Position numbers and translations under genes: made by a program
NCBI RefSeq assembly: GCF_964213995.1
Contig: NC_135826.1
Location: forward strand, 41,850,001-41,914,000
Length of the DNA stretch: 64,000 nucleotides
Reading direction: 5' to 3'
From: Mustelus asterias
Lineage: Eukaryota
The notes under the pieces: model-generated
Seen by the model: only the letters and a program-made list of their open reading frames with translations
What the model was told of the DNA's origin: nothing
The model's database searches: none
Part shown: one piece after another, positions 1 through 13,060 of the stretch
Layout of the letters: each line of letters begins with the position of its first letter
How positions within the stretch are numbered: the first letter of the stretch is position 1

Positions 1-289
1 GAAGGTGAAATTGCTTCATGTTGAACACACGCTCCCCGTGCTATACTCAGTATTGTTTGAACAGGCCTTTCCCTTCCCTTTATGCTCCATAATATTTACA
101 TGGCAGGAACGGGCCATTCAGCCCATCTGGTCCATACTGGTGATGATGCTCCGCATGAGCCGCCTCCTATCCCCTTGACATCTCAGCAATTCCTCTCTCC
201 CTCAGGTCTCTGTATTATTCTCTACTATTTGCTTCAGACTCCTATGGTAATGAGTGCCACATTCTCCCCATTCTCTGAGTAAAAAAGCT

Positions 290-500
290 AGACTGAGTGA
301 ATTAACTCCTCCGAGGCCAGTGTCCCCTCACCAGATTCCCTTTATTTACACACTCTACAAGTGCTCCAGGTATAAAGTCAGAATCAGGAGTCACAGTGGA
401 CCTGACACTCCTATATTTATATACAGGTGAGGCTCCCTGATTGGGCAGGTAATTATGACCTCAATCAGAGAACTCTTTTTGTCCAACCAAATAAACAAAA
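290..500 (-). mobile_element. LTR-like fragment
   Basis: AATAAA on the minus strand; shares the gctccctgatt motif with the solo LTR at 24794-25028. Ends not defined. Confidence 0.35.
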
Positions 501-519
501 TCAGACTAACTTAGGGGCA

Positions 520-940
520 ACTGTAAAAGGGGCGGCTCCTGAAAAGGAGGGGGAACCACCCAAAACAAAAGACAAAATGGAAAGGAAACTTAAAACATCA
601 AATTAAAATTTGACTGAAGGGGTCAGTAATGCACCCCAGACCCTGCGGTGCCCAGCGGGCACGGAAGGCATCCACTGTGCCCTCGGACACCGCATGCTCC
701 CTCTCCAGGGACACCCGGCCGTGAACATAGCCGCGGTAGAGGGGCAGACAGTTGGGTTGGCCGACCCCCTCGATTGCCCGCTGCCTGGACCTGTAGATGG
801 CACGCCTTGCCAGGCCCAGGAGCAGGTTCACGAGGAGGTCCCCCTCCTTCCCCGCCCCCCTCCGCACCAGGTGTCCATAGATCAGGAGCGTGGGACTGAA
901 GTGCAAACAAAACATCAATAAAAGGTTTTTGAGAAAACTG
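520..940 (-). mobile_element. Tx1/L1-clade LINE 3' fragment (ORF2 C-terminus)
   Basis: Translation LLLGLARRAIYRSRQRA...RGYVHGRVSLEREHAV...FRARWAP is typical of Tx1-type ORF2 ends. Confidence 0.7.
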
Positions 941-1139
941 AAAAGGTTGAGGAGCTCATACTCCAAGAGACTAACCTCATGGGCCTCGTTGAGGTCATTA
1001 CACTGAGTTCTCAACTCTGAGTCATCGTCTTCCAGGCTGAAGCCACACTCCACAGCGAGGGTGACCTTGCCCTACAGTAATGAAAGAGTCATTCGGGTTT
1101 ATATGAAGATTTCTCCTCAATGGGTCACAGTCTCCAGGT

Positions 1140-1565
1140 GATTGGAGTTGTACCCAGAGCTATGTGCCCAAGCACCCCATGCATAAATATCCACTCCCTC
1201 CACCACCGATGCACAGTGGCAGCTCTACAAGATGCAGTGCAGAATTCACCAAGGCTCCATCAGCAGAAACCTTCCAAATCCACGACCACAACCATCTAGA
1301 AGGACAAAAGCAGCAGAAAACCGGAAACACCTCCAGCTGGAAGTTCCCCTCCAAGCCACTCATCATCCTAACCTTGAAATATATCGATGTTCCTTCGCTG
1401 TCGCTGGGTCAAAACGCTGGAACTCACTTTCTAACAGCACTGTGGGTGTACCTACACCACATGGGTTGCAGCAGTTTGGGTTCAAGAAGGTTCACTGCCA
1501 TCTTCTCAAGGAGTTCAGGAGGGGCAATAAATGCGGCACCCACATTGCCATAGATAAAAGAAAAC
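1140..1565 (+). mobile_element. CR1/L2-type LINE 3' end; related fragment at 2230-2405
   Basis: KFPSKPLxILT motif and 3' tail shared between the two copies and with Deu-SINE tails. Confidence 0.6.
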
Positions 1566-1825
1566 TCGCAAGAAACAGCTGAAACCTCCAGCCACAATTG
1601 ATGATCCGGCTGAGATTGCAGGATTGGCCAGAGTAAGCAACTGGCAAACGCTAAAGGAATTGTTGGTTGTGCCAATTGTTTAATGGGCCAATCTTTTTGT
1701 TGGAAACGCTTGCTGCAATTTGAAAGTAATGGTAAGAGAGTTGATATAAATGAGAATGTCCAACTTTAAAGGAAGTGCAGGATTGGAAGGACATGCAGGA
1801 TTCCATATGCGAGTCTTTGAGTGCA

Positions 1826-1922
1826 CACAGTAAGAGTTTTAACAACACCAGGTTAAAGTTAACCTGGTGTTGTTAAAACTCTTACTGTGTTCACCCCAGT
1901 CCAACGCCGGCATCTCCACATC
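1826..1922. mobile_element. Minimal Penelope hairpin insertion
   Basis: About 32-bp inverted arms of the Penelope terminus; 14-bp TSD agtctttgagtgca (1812-1825 and 1923-1936). Confidence 0.8.
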
Positions 1923-1929
1923 AGTCTTT

Positions 1930-2960
1930 GAGTGCAGCAGGACAATTGAGAAGATGGTTAACAAAATCTGATGGGATCTTTGACTTCATAATTGAGGAAG
2001 AGGAACAAAAACAAGGCAGTGATGTTAAACCTTTTGAAGTCACTGGATAAGTCTCAGTTGAAGTGTTGTGGCTAATTCTGGGCATCACAGTTTCGGAGTG
2101 TTCACATTAAGGCAGAGTCAGATAGATTCCTGACCAACAAGAAACCAAATGTTATCAGGAAACTGGCGTTGAGGCCACAGTGGAACAGGCATGATCGTAT
2201 TCAATGGCAGGGAAGACCTGAGGGCCTTCTGGAAGTTCCCCTCTAAGCCACTCACCATCCTGACTTGGAAATATATCGCCGTTTCCTCACTGTCGCGGGG
2301 TCAAAATTCTGGAACCCCCTCTCTAACAGCACATGGACTGGCAATGGTTTGGGTTCAAGAAGGTTCACCGCCACCTTCTCAAGGAGTTCAGGAGGGGCAA
2401 TAAATGGTATGGCTGCTCCTGCTCCTAATTTGCATGTTTATATGTAAGAAGGATGCCAAGGTTTCAGAGAGGGTTCAGAGGAGATGTACTCAAATGGTCC
2501 CCAGGATAAAGGACTTCAGTTATGTGGAGAAGCTGGAAATTGGGGTTGTTCTCCTTAGAACAGAGAAGGTTAAGGGGGAGATTTAATGGAGGCGTTCAGA
2601 ATGATGTGGAATTGTGCTAGAATAGATAGGGTGCAAGTGTTTTAATTGGCTGGGGGAGTCAGTAACTGGAGGACACAGATTTGAAATAATTGGTAAAACC
2701 ATCAGTTTGGAAATGAGGAGAGTGTTTTTACCCAGCAAGTGGCTGTGATCTGGAATGCGCTGCCGAAAAGGGCGGTGGAAGTAGATTCAATAATAACCTT
2801 GAAAAGGAAGTTTGGTAAATACTTGGGGGGAACGAAACTGCAGTGCCAAGGAGAAAGAACAAGAGTTTGGGATTAATTGGATAACTTTTTCAAAAAGCTA
2901 GTACAGGCACGATGGGCTGAATGGTTTCCTGTCTGTTGGAATGTCTTTAATTCTTACTGC
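1930..2960 (+). mobile_element. Decayed CR1 LINE 3' fragments
   Basis: Degenerate RT C-terminus (ERVQRR) and gggctgaatgg tail. Confidence 0.6.
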
Positions 2961-3646
2961 TCTTACTATAGATAGGAAAACTCTGGAAGAAACTGGCACC
3001 AGTGCAATGGCAGCTAATCGATCTGAGTTCTCAGCTCCCTGGCTTCTCCTTCCTTCATTTTGTGTCTCTTCTCCTGGAACTGGTGATGGATAAAAGTGAT
3101 TGGACCTTACAACAAGCAAGAACGGCCTGTCAATGTTCCTCTCCCACACACCCAAAGCCACTCTGCAGGCCGCTATGGCATTATCCTTACATCAAGTCTA
3201 AATGCCACAGACACAAAGAGACAGCACCAAGTCAGACACATTGTTTGGTGAAATAGTTTTGCATCAAATTCGGGTTTGTAATGAGTTCCACAGTGCATGA
3301 ATTGGCCACACAGACTTTGGTTCTTTGAAGATCAGTGCTGCAAAACCCTTGCAGATTCACCTTCTAATACCCCCGCCCCAATCATGCCCCAGTCTTGTGT
3401 CCCCTCTTCACTTTGTTCTTGCTGAACATCTCAGGGTTGAAGTCTCATGCCTGCCCCACTGTCCCAGGGGCATCTTGTTGCCACGCCCCTTTTCCTCACA
3501 TCTCATGCATCATTTTCTGTTCAATCATCTCAATGCTTTCTGTGGACTCTTGCTATGTACAAATTGCCGTCTTTCCTACACTACAGCAATGACTACACTT
3601 CAAAAGGGTACTCAATTGGCTATAAGATGTTGCAGGATGTCCTGAG

Positions 3647-3996
3647 ATAAGAACATAAGAACATAAGAAATAGGAGCAGGAGTAGGCCATCTAGCCCCTC
3701 GAGCCTGCCCCGCCATTCAATAATATCATGGCTGATCTGAAGTGGATCAGTTCCACTTCCCTGCCTGATCCCTATAACCCCCTAATTCCCTTACCAATCA
3801 GGAATCCATCTATCCGTGATTTAAACATATTCAACGAGGTAGCCTCCACCACTTCAGTGGGCAGAGAATTCCAGAGATTCACCACCCTCTGAGAGAAGAA
3901 GTTCCTCCTCAACTCTGTCCTAAACTGACCCCCCTTTATTTTGAGGCTGTGCCCTCTAGTTCTAGTTTCCTTTCTAAGTGGAAAGAATCTCTCCAT
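3647..3996 (-). mobile_element. Young CR1 LINE 3' end
   Basis: RTRGHSLKIKGGQFRTELRRNFFSQRVVNLWNSLP; (TTCTTATG)n tail; same family as 41181-43843. Confidence 0.9.
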
Positions 3997-4477
3997 CGAA
4001 ATAGTTATAAGTCCTCCTTTCCTTCTCTCATCAGTTTGATAAGACATACCTGCATGAGAAGAACAAGGTGATAATGGCCTGTTCTCATTTGATAGGTTGA
4101 TGCACAGAAGGACATCTCCTGTTCCAACACAACAGGCGGCGACTATACATGAAACTGTGACACAGTTCAGCACAGGAAGGGTGCGGTTGAGTCACACAGG
4201 CCAAGGCAAGCCTTTGTGAATGGTGTATTGTTACACACAATCATGAAGGAGTGCATTCAGTTATAAAGAGAGCCTTTAAGTCAGTGCCCATGGTTATATG
4301 GACGCTCAGTTTTGTTTAAAGTGGGGGATATTCAGTGGAAGGATCTGAGAAAGCTTGGGCACCTCTGGTGAGGATCAATGGTGAACATAAAAGATCCCAC
4401 AGCACTTTCCAAAGACAAAGAGGGGAGTTCTTCCCGATATCTTGTGGCATATATTTATTGCTCCCCCAGAACCTAAA

Positions 4478-4770
4478 TCATAGAATCCCTACAGCGCAGA
4501 AGGAGGCCATTTGGCCCATCAAGTCTGTACCGACCACAATCCCACCCAGGCGGTATTCCAGTAACCCCACATATTTACCCTGCAAATCCCCCTGACACTA
4601 GGGTCAATTTAGCATGGCCAATCCACCTAAGCTGCACATCTTTTGGACTGTGGGAGGAAACTGGAGCACACGGACGAAACCCACGCAGACACGGGGAGAA
4701 AGTGCGAACTCCACACAGACAGTGACCCGAGGCTGGAAATGAACCTGGGCCCCTGGGCTGTGAGGCAGGG
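4478..4770 (-). mobile_element. HE1-type tRNA-derived SINE
   Basis: Central gggtttcctccgggtgctccggtttcctcccacagtcc domain and CR1-like tail. Confidence 0.85.
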
Positions 4771-5456
4771 ACTCAGCGCATGGGACTATCTGACCATTGC
4801 TTATTGTGGTATCTTACTTTGTGCAAATTGGCTCCCGCATTTAGTCTGTTAGAGCCGCGATTACGCATTAGAGAATACCTCATGCGCTGTAAGGCACTTC
4901 AATTTCCTGAAACAAGGAAAGGCGCTTTAGAAAATGCAAGTACATTCTTTCCCTCTTCACAAGATGGACACTTAGTCCACCAGACTGAAGTCCAAACTTT
5001 GGTGAGAACTGTGAACTCTCCCCATGCACTTCCATGGAATGACCTTGAACATAACTGACAGTTAGCAGCTGTCAGGGGTATACACCAGGGGGCTGTGCAC
5101 TTACCCCAAGGGGCTCAGAGTGCAACCTCTCAGGAACATTCGCTCTCTGCCTCCTCCCACAGAGCTACACAAAGAGGAGGCGCCAAAAGACACCTCCAAA
5201 AACACTCATTTTTGTCTTCCATAATGATGGAGGAAATCAGGAATAAATACTCACCCAACGGTGAGGTGCATTGGCCATGCTACATTGCCTCTTAGTGTCC
5301 CGGGACGCATTGATTAGAGGGATTAGCGGGGTAAATATGTGGGGTTATGGAGATAGGGCCTAGGTGGGATTGTTGTCAGTGCAGGCTCGATGGGCCAAAT
5401 GGCCTCCTTCTGCACAGTGGGGCTTCTATGATTCTTCTATGACTCTAAACCATGCT

Positions 5457-5705
5457 TTGCTCTGTATCTAACCCCGTGCTGTACCTGTCCTGGGAGTGTT
5501 TGATGGGGACAGTGTAGAGGCAACTTTACTCTGTAACTAACCCCATTCTGTACCTGTCCTGGGAGTGTTTGATGGGGACAGTGTAGAGGCAACTTTACTC
5601 TGTAACTAACCCCATTCTGTACCTGTCCTGGGAGTGTTTGAAGGGGACAGTGTAGAGGCAACTTTACTCTGTAACTAACCCCATTCTGTACCTGTCCTGG
5701 GAGTG
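5457..5705 (+). repeat. 69-bp tandem repeat, about 3.5 copies
   Basis: Unit resembling tttactctgtatctaaccccgtgctgtacctgtcctgggagtgtttgatggggacagtgtagag. Confidence 0.9.
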
Positions 5706-5714
5706 CTTGGTAGT

Positions 5715-6100
5715 CATGATGTGGAGATGCTGGCGTTGGACTGGGGTAAACACAGTAAGAAGTTTAACAACACCAGGTTAAAGTCCAATAGGTTTATTTG
5801 GCAGCAAAAGCCACAAGCTTTCGGAGCCTTAACCTCTTTCTTCAGGTGAGTGGGAATTCTGTTCACAAACAGGGCATATAAATACACAAACTCAATTTAC
5901 AGAATAATGGTTGGAATGCGAATACTTACAGCTAATCAAGTCTTTAAGGTACAAACAATGTGAGTGGAGAGAGCATTAAGACAGGTTAAAGAGATGTGTA
6001 TTGTCTCCAGACCGGACAGCCAGTGAGACTCTGCAGGTACAGGCAAGCTGTGGGGGTTACAGGTAGTGTGACATGAGGATAGCCTCAACCGGGATATTGG
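5715..6100 (-). mobile_element. Penelope-like element 3' fragment with hammerhead motif (5812-5848)
   Basis: Homologous to the terminal region of 27232-29230. Confidence 0.85.
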
Positions 6101-6915
6101 GCACTCTCTCAAGAATCCTCTACTCCATCTTAACGCAGTGGAGAATACCAGAGAAGATGAAGTATCTTCGACTTTGATGAAGAATTGTACAACTGGATCA
6201 TTCACTGATGCACGAAGGCAAAAAAGGTATTCAACGCCTGAGATTTGAATCAATCTGGGAGACAGGAGAGGAATATTGAAGCTGTGGACATTGCAAGCTA
6301 TGGAAATATTCAAGTTCCCAACCAGACTACTTTCTGTAGGTGGTGGCAACATTGCCACACTTGCTGCAGCACCAGCTGCCTCACTGCGGGCAATGGGATG
6401 ACTGGATCAGCATGAGGAGGAAAGACGACGCCATCTTCATCAATGGAATGAATCTCCAGGGCTGCTTCCAAATGAAATTCCTGCGTAAATCTCTTCAACT
6501 GGACAGACTCTGGAGATTTGGCCTCTGCTGAGGGACCACTTTAAAGGAAGGATGACTCACTGATTGAAGTTTAGGCATCAACTTTTTAAAATTCAATCGT
6601 GGGACATGGGCGTCGCTGGCCTGGCCAGCATTTATTGCCCATCGCTAGTTGCCCCTTGAGAAGGTGGTGGTGAGCTGCCGCCTTGAATCGCTGCAGTCCG
6701 TGTTCAGTGGGTTGACCTGATTTACTTTCACGCAAATGACTCGACTCTACGTCTACTCCAGCTGCTTGATGCACCTTTGGATTTCTCTGGACAGCTCGCG
6801 TGCTCAGCTAGTGACCTACACAGCATCTCATTGGTGGGCTCAGTGCGGCAAATTGACAAATTCAGCTCTTCAGTGGCAATCGCAGATCAATGTCGACTCC
6901 GATTGCTTTGGCAGT

Positions 6916-7198
6916 TGTGCTAAACCACTGTTAACTTATTACCTATATATGTGACATGCCTGGACACATCCCTGCCAGCCCTACCCGAGACTCTCTTTCA
7001 CCCTCTTTCACCCTCTTAGACCCTCTTTCACCCTCTTACACCCTTTATACCTGGTCCAGGCATAAAGGTGACTGCTCCCCACCCCCCTGCCTCAGTCTGG
7101 ACCAGTTCATCGGCATGGGTGTGCTCCAAGTCTTTTGCTAATAAAAGCCTATTTGTTCTTGCATACAAACTAGTCTTTACTCGATTGATGGTGCACCA
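6916..7198 (+). mobile_element. Solo LTR
   Basis: TG...CA ends, internal AATAAA, flanked by gcagt/tcagt (TSD with one mismatch). Confidence 0.65.
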
Positions 7199-8479
7199 TC
7201 AGTGGATTCAAGAACTTTCCAATCTGGAGAACTTCATCTTCCAGTGGATCATCCATTGCTATAGCGACCTCTTTCTCATAACCTTTGCCTGGAAAGCGGC
7301 AACCAACGTCTAGAAACTCCTCCCGCGAGTGGTGGCATTCGGCTTCAGTCCCTTCCATTTCCACACCTTCTGGCCCAGTGGTGAGAAACCTGTGACCCAG
7401 GGTCACATGTGGCCCACCAGGGTTCCAAGTGCGGGCCCGCGAGACATTTTGTTGACCGTTGCCCCAGGCGGACGGTTGCCACATTCCGCTGATTTCTGTC
7501 CGTGTAGTGTTTTTTCCATTGGGTCTGACTGAAGTGATTCTCACGTAAAGCAACGGCACCGTGAAGTGAGGTGTGTGCTGATTTCTCACAACATTGACTG
7601 AGAGCTGTGCGCTCCCTCTGGGTCCAATCAAAGCACAAAGATTTCTTTTGTTTTTATCATTTGCAGTTGATGGCAGTTTTATTCATATATAAATGATGAA
7701 GCATTTTCTATAACTCGTTACGAAATATTCGGCAAGTATTAAGTGTACCTTATCTGATTTATGGGGTCACGGTTAGTGAACAAGCCCGATTTCAATCTTG
7801 CGGCCAACTGAGGGGAAGGAGGGGCCACTCATGCAGCTCACTCACTAGCCCAGCTCACCCATCACTGTTCTAGCCTGTGTACTAAATGAGCTGAGATCTG
7901 CAATCCCCCACAGGGGTGCAGCAAATGGTGAGTCAATGGCCCCGACTCAATGAAAAAAACCACAACAGCTGCTGCTGAACCCAAATCTGTCCGTTCATCA
8001 CCCAACCAATCACTATCTCATTACTGTAACTACAAAGCTGTTATTCCACAGGTCACCTCCTGCTCTGTACATATTCGCATACATCAGTGCCAGTGCCAGA
8101 GTTTAAGATGCATATGGATGTTGCACATGTCTCCAGCCACTGCAACATCCACTGAGCAACATCAAGCACAGAAACAGGCCATTTGGCCCATCGGGTCTAT
8201 GCTAGTCTTTATGCTCTCACCCCCTCTTCATCTCACCCTATCAGCATTCTCTTCTATTCCTCTCCCTCTTGTGTTTATCCAGTTTCCCCTCAAATACATC
8301 CAGACGATTCCTCTGAAGCACTCCCTGTGGGGGTGAGTTCCACATTCTCACTGCTCTCTGGGCGGAAAGGTTTCTCTTGAATCCCCTGTTAGATTTATTA
8401 GTGACTGTCCCAGAGTTTTGTTTTCCCCACTCTTGGAAACATGGTATTCGGTCATCACGCTTGGTGTAACAGAAAGTGG

Positions 8480-9163
8480 GTGGCACGGTGGCACAGTGCT
8501 TAGCACTGCTGCTGCTTCACAATGCCAGGGACCCACGTTCGATTCCCGGCTTGGGTCACTGACTATCTGGAGTTTGCACATTCTCCCCGTGTCTGCGTGG
8601 GTTTCCTCCGGATGCTCTGGTTTCCTCCCACACTCCAAAGATGTGCAGGTAATGATTGGCCACGCTAAATTGCCCTTAGTATGCGGGGGATTAGCTAGGG
8701 TAAATGCATGGGGTTATGGGGATAAGGTCTCCATGGGCTTGTTGGCAATGCAGGTTCGATGGGCTGAATGGCCTCCTTCTACACTGTAGAGACTCTATGA
8801 CGCCCTCAGTGTACCCGAACAGGCGCAGGAGTGTGGCGACGAGGAGATTTTTTTTTATCATAGAAACCCTACAGTGCAGAAGGAGGCCATTCGGCCCATC
8901 GAGTCTGCACCGACCACAATCCCACCCAGGCCCTACCCCCACATATTTTACCCGCTAATCCCTCTAACCTACACATCCCAGGACTCTAAGGGGCTATTTT
9001 TTTAACCTGGCCAGTCAACCTAACCCGCACATCTTTGGACTGTGGGAGGAAACCGGAGCTCCCGGAGGAAACCCACGCAGACACGAGGAGAATGTGCAAA
9101 CTCACAGTAACTTCATTGCAGTGTTAATGCAAGCCTACTTGTGACACTAATAAATAAACTTTC
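8480..9163. mobile_element. Nested HE1-type SINE cluster (plus copy, alternative-tail fragment, minus copy inserted in it)
   Basis: SINE head and central domain in both orientations; the alternative tail is split by the inner copy (about 8850-9100). Confidence 0.8.
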
Positions 9164-9914
9164 AATGAGTGGACGACAGTGTAAGATAATGCCCACCTGA
9201 AATTAAACTTGGACATACCGAGACCTGGCTTGTGTGAGAGGGAATCTGAGAGAGTTTAGTTATTTCCGTGCACCTGGGCTCATCAGAAATTGATTCCTCT
9301 TAAATTGCCAAGTTCCCGGAATTAAGCTTTCGCTTTCATTCTATCAGCCTGCGGTCCTGGGGAAGAGAGAGACAACGTGTAAACATTTCTGAGCGGGTAC
9401 AGGACTGGGGTCCTCTGCACAAGCAGAGCTCAGGGACTGCGTTATGCAGAGTCCTGGCTCACCGGTCTGTATTAAGCCAAGTCCAGGTTTGCATTATTCA
9501 GGATCCTGGGTTTGCGTTAACAGAATTGGACTGGGGGCAGTCACAGAGTTTGCACAAGGCTGCCACCTCCAGCTCAGACTCTGCTGCTGTAGCACCTGGC
9601 GTCTGTTTGCAAACATCACTCAACGTGTGGGGAATTCTGAAAGATTTTCCAACTGACTGCGTTCTTCATTTTCCCGGTAAAGCAGCTTATCTTGAAGCAG
9701 CACCTTCTCCGACTGTCAGAAAGGCACGTAGACAGATCAATTATGGTTTAGTGTAATCAAACCTTGTCATAACTTGCAGTCTCGCTGGTTAATAGAAACT
9801 TTGGAGATAATTATCAGCTGTGACAGTGGACATAACACAAGGTTCTGGATTTAAACCCTATTCCTGAAATTTGAGCCTATAATCCAGACTGACACTGCCC
9901 AGGACAATACTGAA

Positions 9915-10610
9915 GTTTAAAGTTGATTTATTAGTGTCACAAGTAGGCATACATTAACACTGCAGTGAAGTTACTGTGAAAATCCCCTAGTCGCCACACT
10001 CCGGCGCCTGTTCGGGTACACCGAGGGAGAATTTAGCATGGCCAACGCACCTAACCCGCACGTCTTGAAGAATGAGGGGAGATCTTATAGAAACATATAA
10101 GATTATGAAGGGAATAGATAAGATAGGAGCAGGGATGTTGTTTCCACTGGCGGGTGAAACTAGAACTAGGGGCCATGGCCACAAAATAAGGGGAAGCAGA
10201 TTTAGGACTGAGTTGAGGAGGAACTTCTTCACACAATGGGTTGTGAATCTGTGGAATTCCCTGCCCAGTGAAGCAGTTGGGGCTACCTCATTGAATGTTT
10301 TTAAGGCAAAGATAAATAAATTTTTGAACAGTAAAGGAATTAAGAGCGAGTAGGTGCATAAGTGGAGCTGAGTCCACAAAAAGATCAGCCATAATCTTAT
10401 TGAATGGCGGAGCAGGCTCGAGCGGCCAGATGGCCCACTCCTGCCCCTAGTTCTTATGTTCTTGGGACTGTGGGAGGAAACCGGAGCACCCGGAGGAAAC
10501 CCACGCAGACACAGGGAGAATGTGCAGACTCCACACAGACAGTGACCCGAGGCTGGAATTGAACCTGGATCCTTGGCGCTGTGAGGCAGCAGTGCTAACC
10601 ATTCAGCCAC
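9915..10610 (-). mobile_element. HE1-type SINE (alternative tail) interrupted by a plus-strand CR1 3' end (about 10067-10463)
   Basis: SINE sequence cgtctt|ggactgtggg is split by a CR1 fragment MRGDLIETYKIMKG... Confidence 0.85.
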
Positions 10611-10699
10611 CCAGATCAATCTGGTTAGCTTCCTGCTGGATAGGTTTGCTTCAGATTCGCCCCCCTTCCCAGCCTTGCTTCCCTGAGCTGCTTCATGCT

Positions 10700-10860
10700 C
10701 TGGAGATGCCGGCGTTGGACTGGGGTAAACACAGTAAGAGTTTTAACAACACCATATCCACTCCATCTGACGAAGGAGCAGGGCTCCGAAAGCTAATGGC
10801 ATTTGCTACCAAATAAACCTGTTGGACTTTAACCTGTTGTTGTTAAAACTCTTACTGTGC
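10700..10860. mobile_element. Short Penelope inverted insertion
   Basis: Inverted terminal arms; imperfect TSD tgcttc(a/c)tgc. Confidence 0.75.
10763..10799 (+). ncRNA. Minimal hammerhead ribozyme (Penelope-associated)
   Basis: CCAT-CTGACGA-A-GGAGC-agg-GCTCC-GAAA-GC-TA-ATGG: catalytic core, stem II and stem I. Confidence 0.7.
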
Positions 10861-11629
10861 TTCCTGCAGCACAGAGTCAGGCAGCTTGGAAGTTCCTGTC
10901 ATGCCAACCTTGGTCAGTGAGATGGGGAGAGGAATGGGAAGAAGATTGGGGGAGGGGAGGGGGAGGTGGAGAGGGGGTGGGGGTGGGGGGGAATCTCAAT
11001 GGCCTCAGGACCCCATCAGGATCTCAGGTCATTTGAAGCAATCCCAGGAGCTGGGGCTGCGGGGTAAGAGCAACACGAGATTGGGATACGATGGAAATCC
11101 CACCAACTTCCCTTCCACGCCCACCCCCTTCATCCCACTTGAGACCCCTTGGGGGGATGCACTGACGGACGCCACAAGGAGAGACGGGAAATGGTTGGCA
11201 TATCAGTGGACAGAATGTCAGCTCAGGTAAAGAGACGTGTTTCAATCAGCAACTTAATTCCACATCAACATCCTTCTTTACATTAGGACAGTGTGCATAC
11301 TATCTCTTTTTATAGCTAAACCGCTGTGTTGGCCGATGCCTATTTGCTGGCAGGCAGAAAGTTGGCGGCCTCCTGCTTTCAGTTTGTGCATGTGTCCACG
11401 GGTCAGTGGGTTTAATATTGTCTCGTGTATGAACTCCATACCCCATCGCTGGCCGCAGTCCCACCTCGCCAGCCAGCTCTGTGCCCAGAATGAAGACGTC
11501 AGCAAAGGTAATGGCATCTTCTGAGCTGAATTCTAGCTTAACCTTCAGGCGGTGAGAAATTGTGACGCACCCTTTTATTCTAACACTACTGTATTTGGCA
11601 AACTCACACAGGATGTTGCACAGGGAGGC

Positions 11630-12579
11630 AGGGAGCTTTAACTCTGTATCTAACCCCGTGCTGTACCTGTCCTGGGCGTGTTTGATGGGGACAGTGTAGA
11701 GGGAGCTTTACTCTGTATCTATCCTTGTGCTGTACCTGTCCTGGGAGTGTTTGATGGGGACGGTGTAGGGGAAGCTTTACCCTGTATCTAACCCTGTGCT
11801 GTACCTGTCCTGGGAATGTTTGATGGGGATGGTGTAGGAGAAGCTTTACCCCGTATCTAACCCTGTGCTGTACCTGTCCTGGGAATGTTTGATGGTGCGG
11901 CGGTGTAGAGGGAGCTTTACTCTATATCTAACCCCGTGCTGTACTTGTCCTGGGAGTGTTTGATGGGAGACAGTGTAGAGGGAGCTTTACTCTATATCTA
12001 ACCCTGTGCTGTACCTGTCCTGGGAGTGTTTGATGGGGGACAGTGTAGAGGGAGCTTTACTCTGTATCTAACCCTGTGCTGTACCTGTCCTGGGAGTGTT
12101 TGATGGGGGACAGTGTAGAGGGAGCTTTACTCTGTATCTAACCCTGTGCTGTACCTGTCCTGGGAGTGTTTGATGGGGACAGTGTAGGGGAAGCTTTACT
12201 CTGTATCTAACCCCGTGCTGTACCTGTCCTGGGAGTGTTTGATGGGGGACAGTGTAGAGGGAGCTTTACTCTGTATCTAATCCCGTGCTGTACCTGTCCT
12301 GGGAGTGTTTGATGGGGGACAGTGTAGAGGGAGCTTTACTCTGTATCCAACCCCGTGCTGTACCTGTCCTGGGAGTGTTTGATGGGGGACAGTGTAAAGG
12401 GAGTTTACTCTGTATCTAACCCTGTGCTGTACCTGTCCTGGGAGTGTTTGATGGGGACAGTGTAGGGGAAGCTTTACTCTGTATCTAACCCCGTGCTGTA
12501 CCTGTCCTGGGAGTGTTTGATGGGGGACAGTGTAGAGTGAGCTTTAGTCTGTATCTAACCCTGTGCTGTACCTGTCCTG
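11630..12579 (+). repeat. 69-70-bp satellite array, about 14 copies
   Basis: Same unit as 5457-5705. Confidence 0.95.
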
Positions 12580-13060
12580 AATTTGTGATAGGACACAGGA
12601 TACCAGATGTGTGAATCACTATAATCTCTGCTAGTCACATTGTCGTTGATGCAGAGCTGAGCAGCTTTTCAGAGAGAGAGAATCAGAGACACTGGGTGTT
12701 TATCTGGGTATTTGTCTGGGATCATTTCAGGCGTGTATGTAACAGTCAGATATTTATAATTTGTTTATAATGAGGCCAACGAGTGACTCGTCAAGAGGCT
12801 AATTTCAGTTTCCAAGTAAGGGTGGGCAGTTAATTATAGAGTGTCACAGTGCCCAGCTGGGATTATTTTGATTGCTGTTCTAACTCAGCACTGAAAGGGA
12901 ATCTGTGTTTATCTCATTCAAGGCTCTGATTTCTGGGAACTCTTACTCGGTGTCTGGTTGTGTTGTCTGTTTAGAACTGGATCACTCCCAGAGACAAGTG
13001 TTGTAAATACTGATTGAGAGCAACTCACTATCTCCAGCAGAGTCTTGCTCGGTTCAATGG

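Noticed and set aside
598-1053. 151-aa ORF as one gene
   Set aside because: Read-through from an exon-like segment (1071-976) into a Tx1 LINE remnant.
3100-3200. Minus-strand exon with a good acceptor and a GTAAGG donor
   Set aside because: Stop codons in all three frames.
8480-8560. tRNA genes in SINE heads
   Set aside because: A/B-box heads continue directly into SINE bodies; no complete cloverleaf is evident.
11630-12579. Regularly spaced repeats resembling a CRISPR array (also 21999-23070 and 24370-24793)
   Set aside because: Head-to-tail units with no unique spacers, no cas genes, and a vertebrate context.
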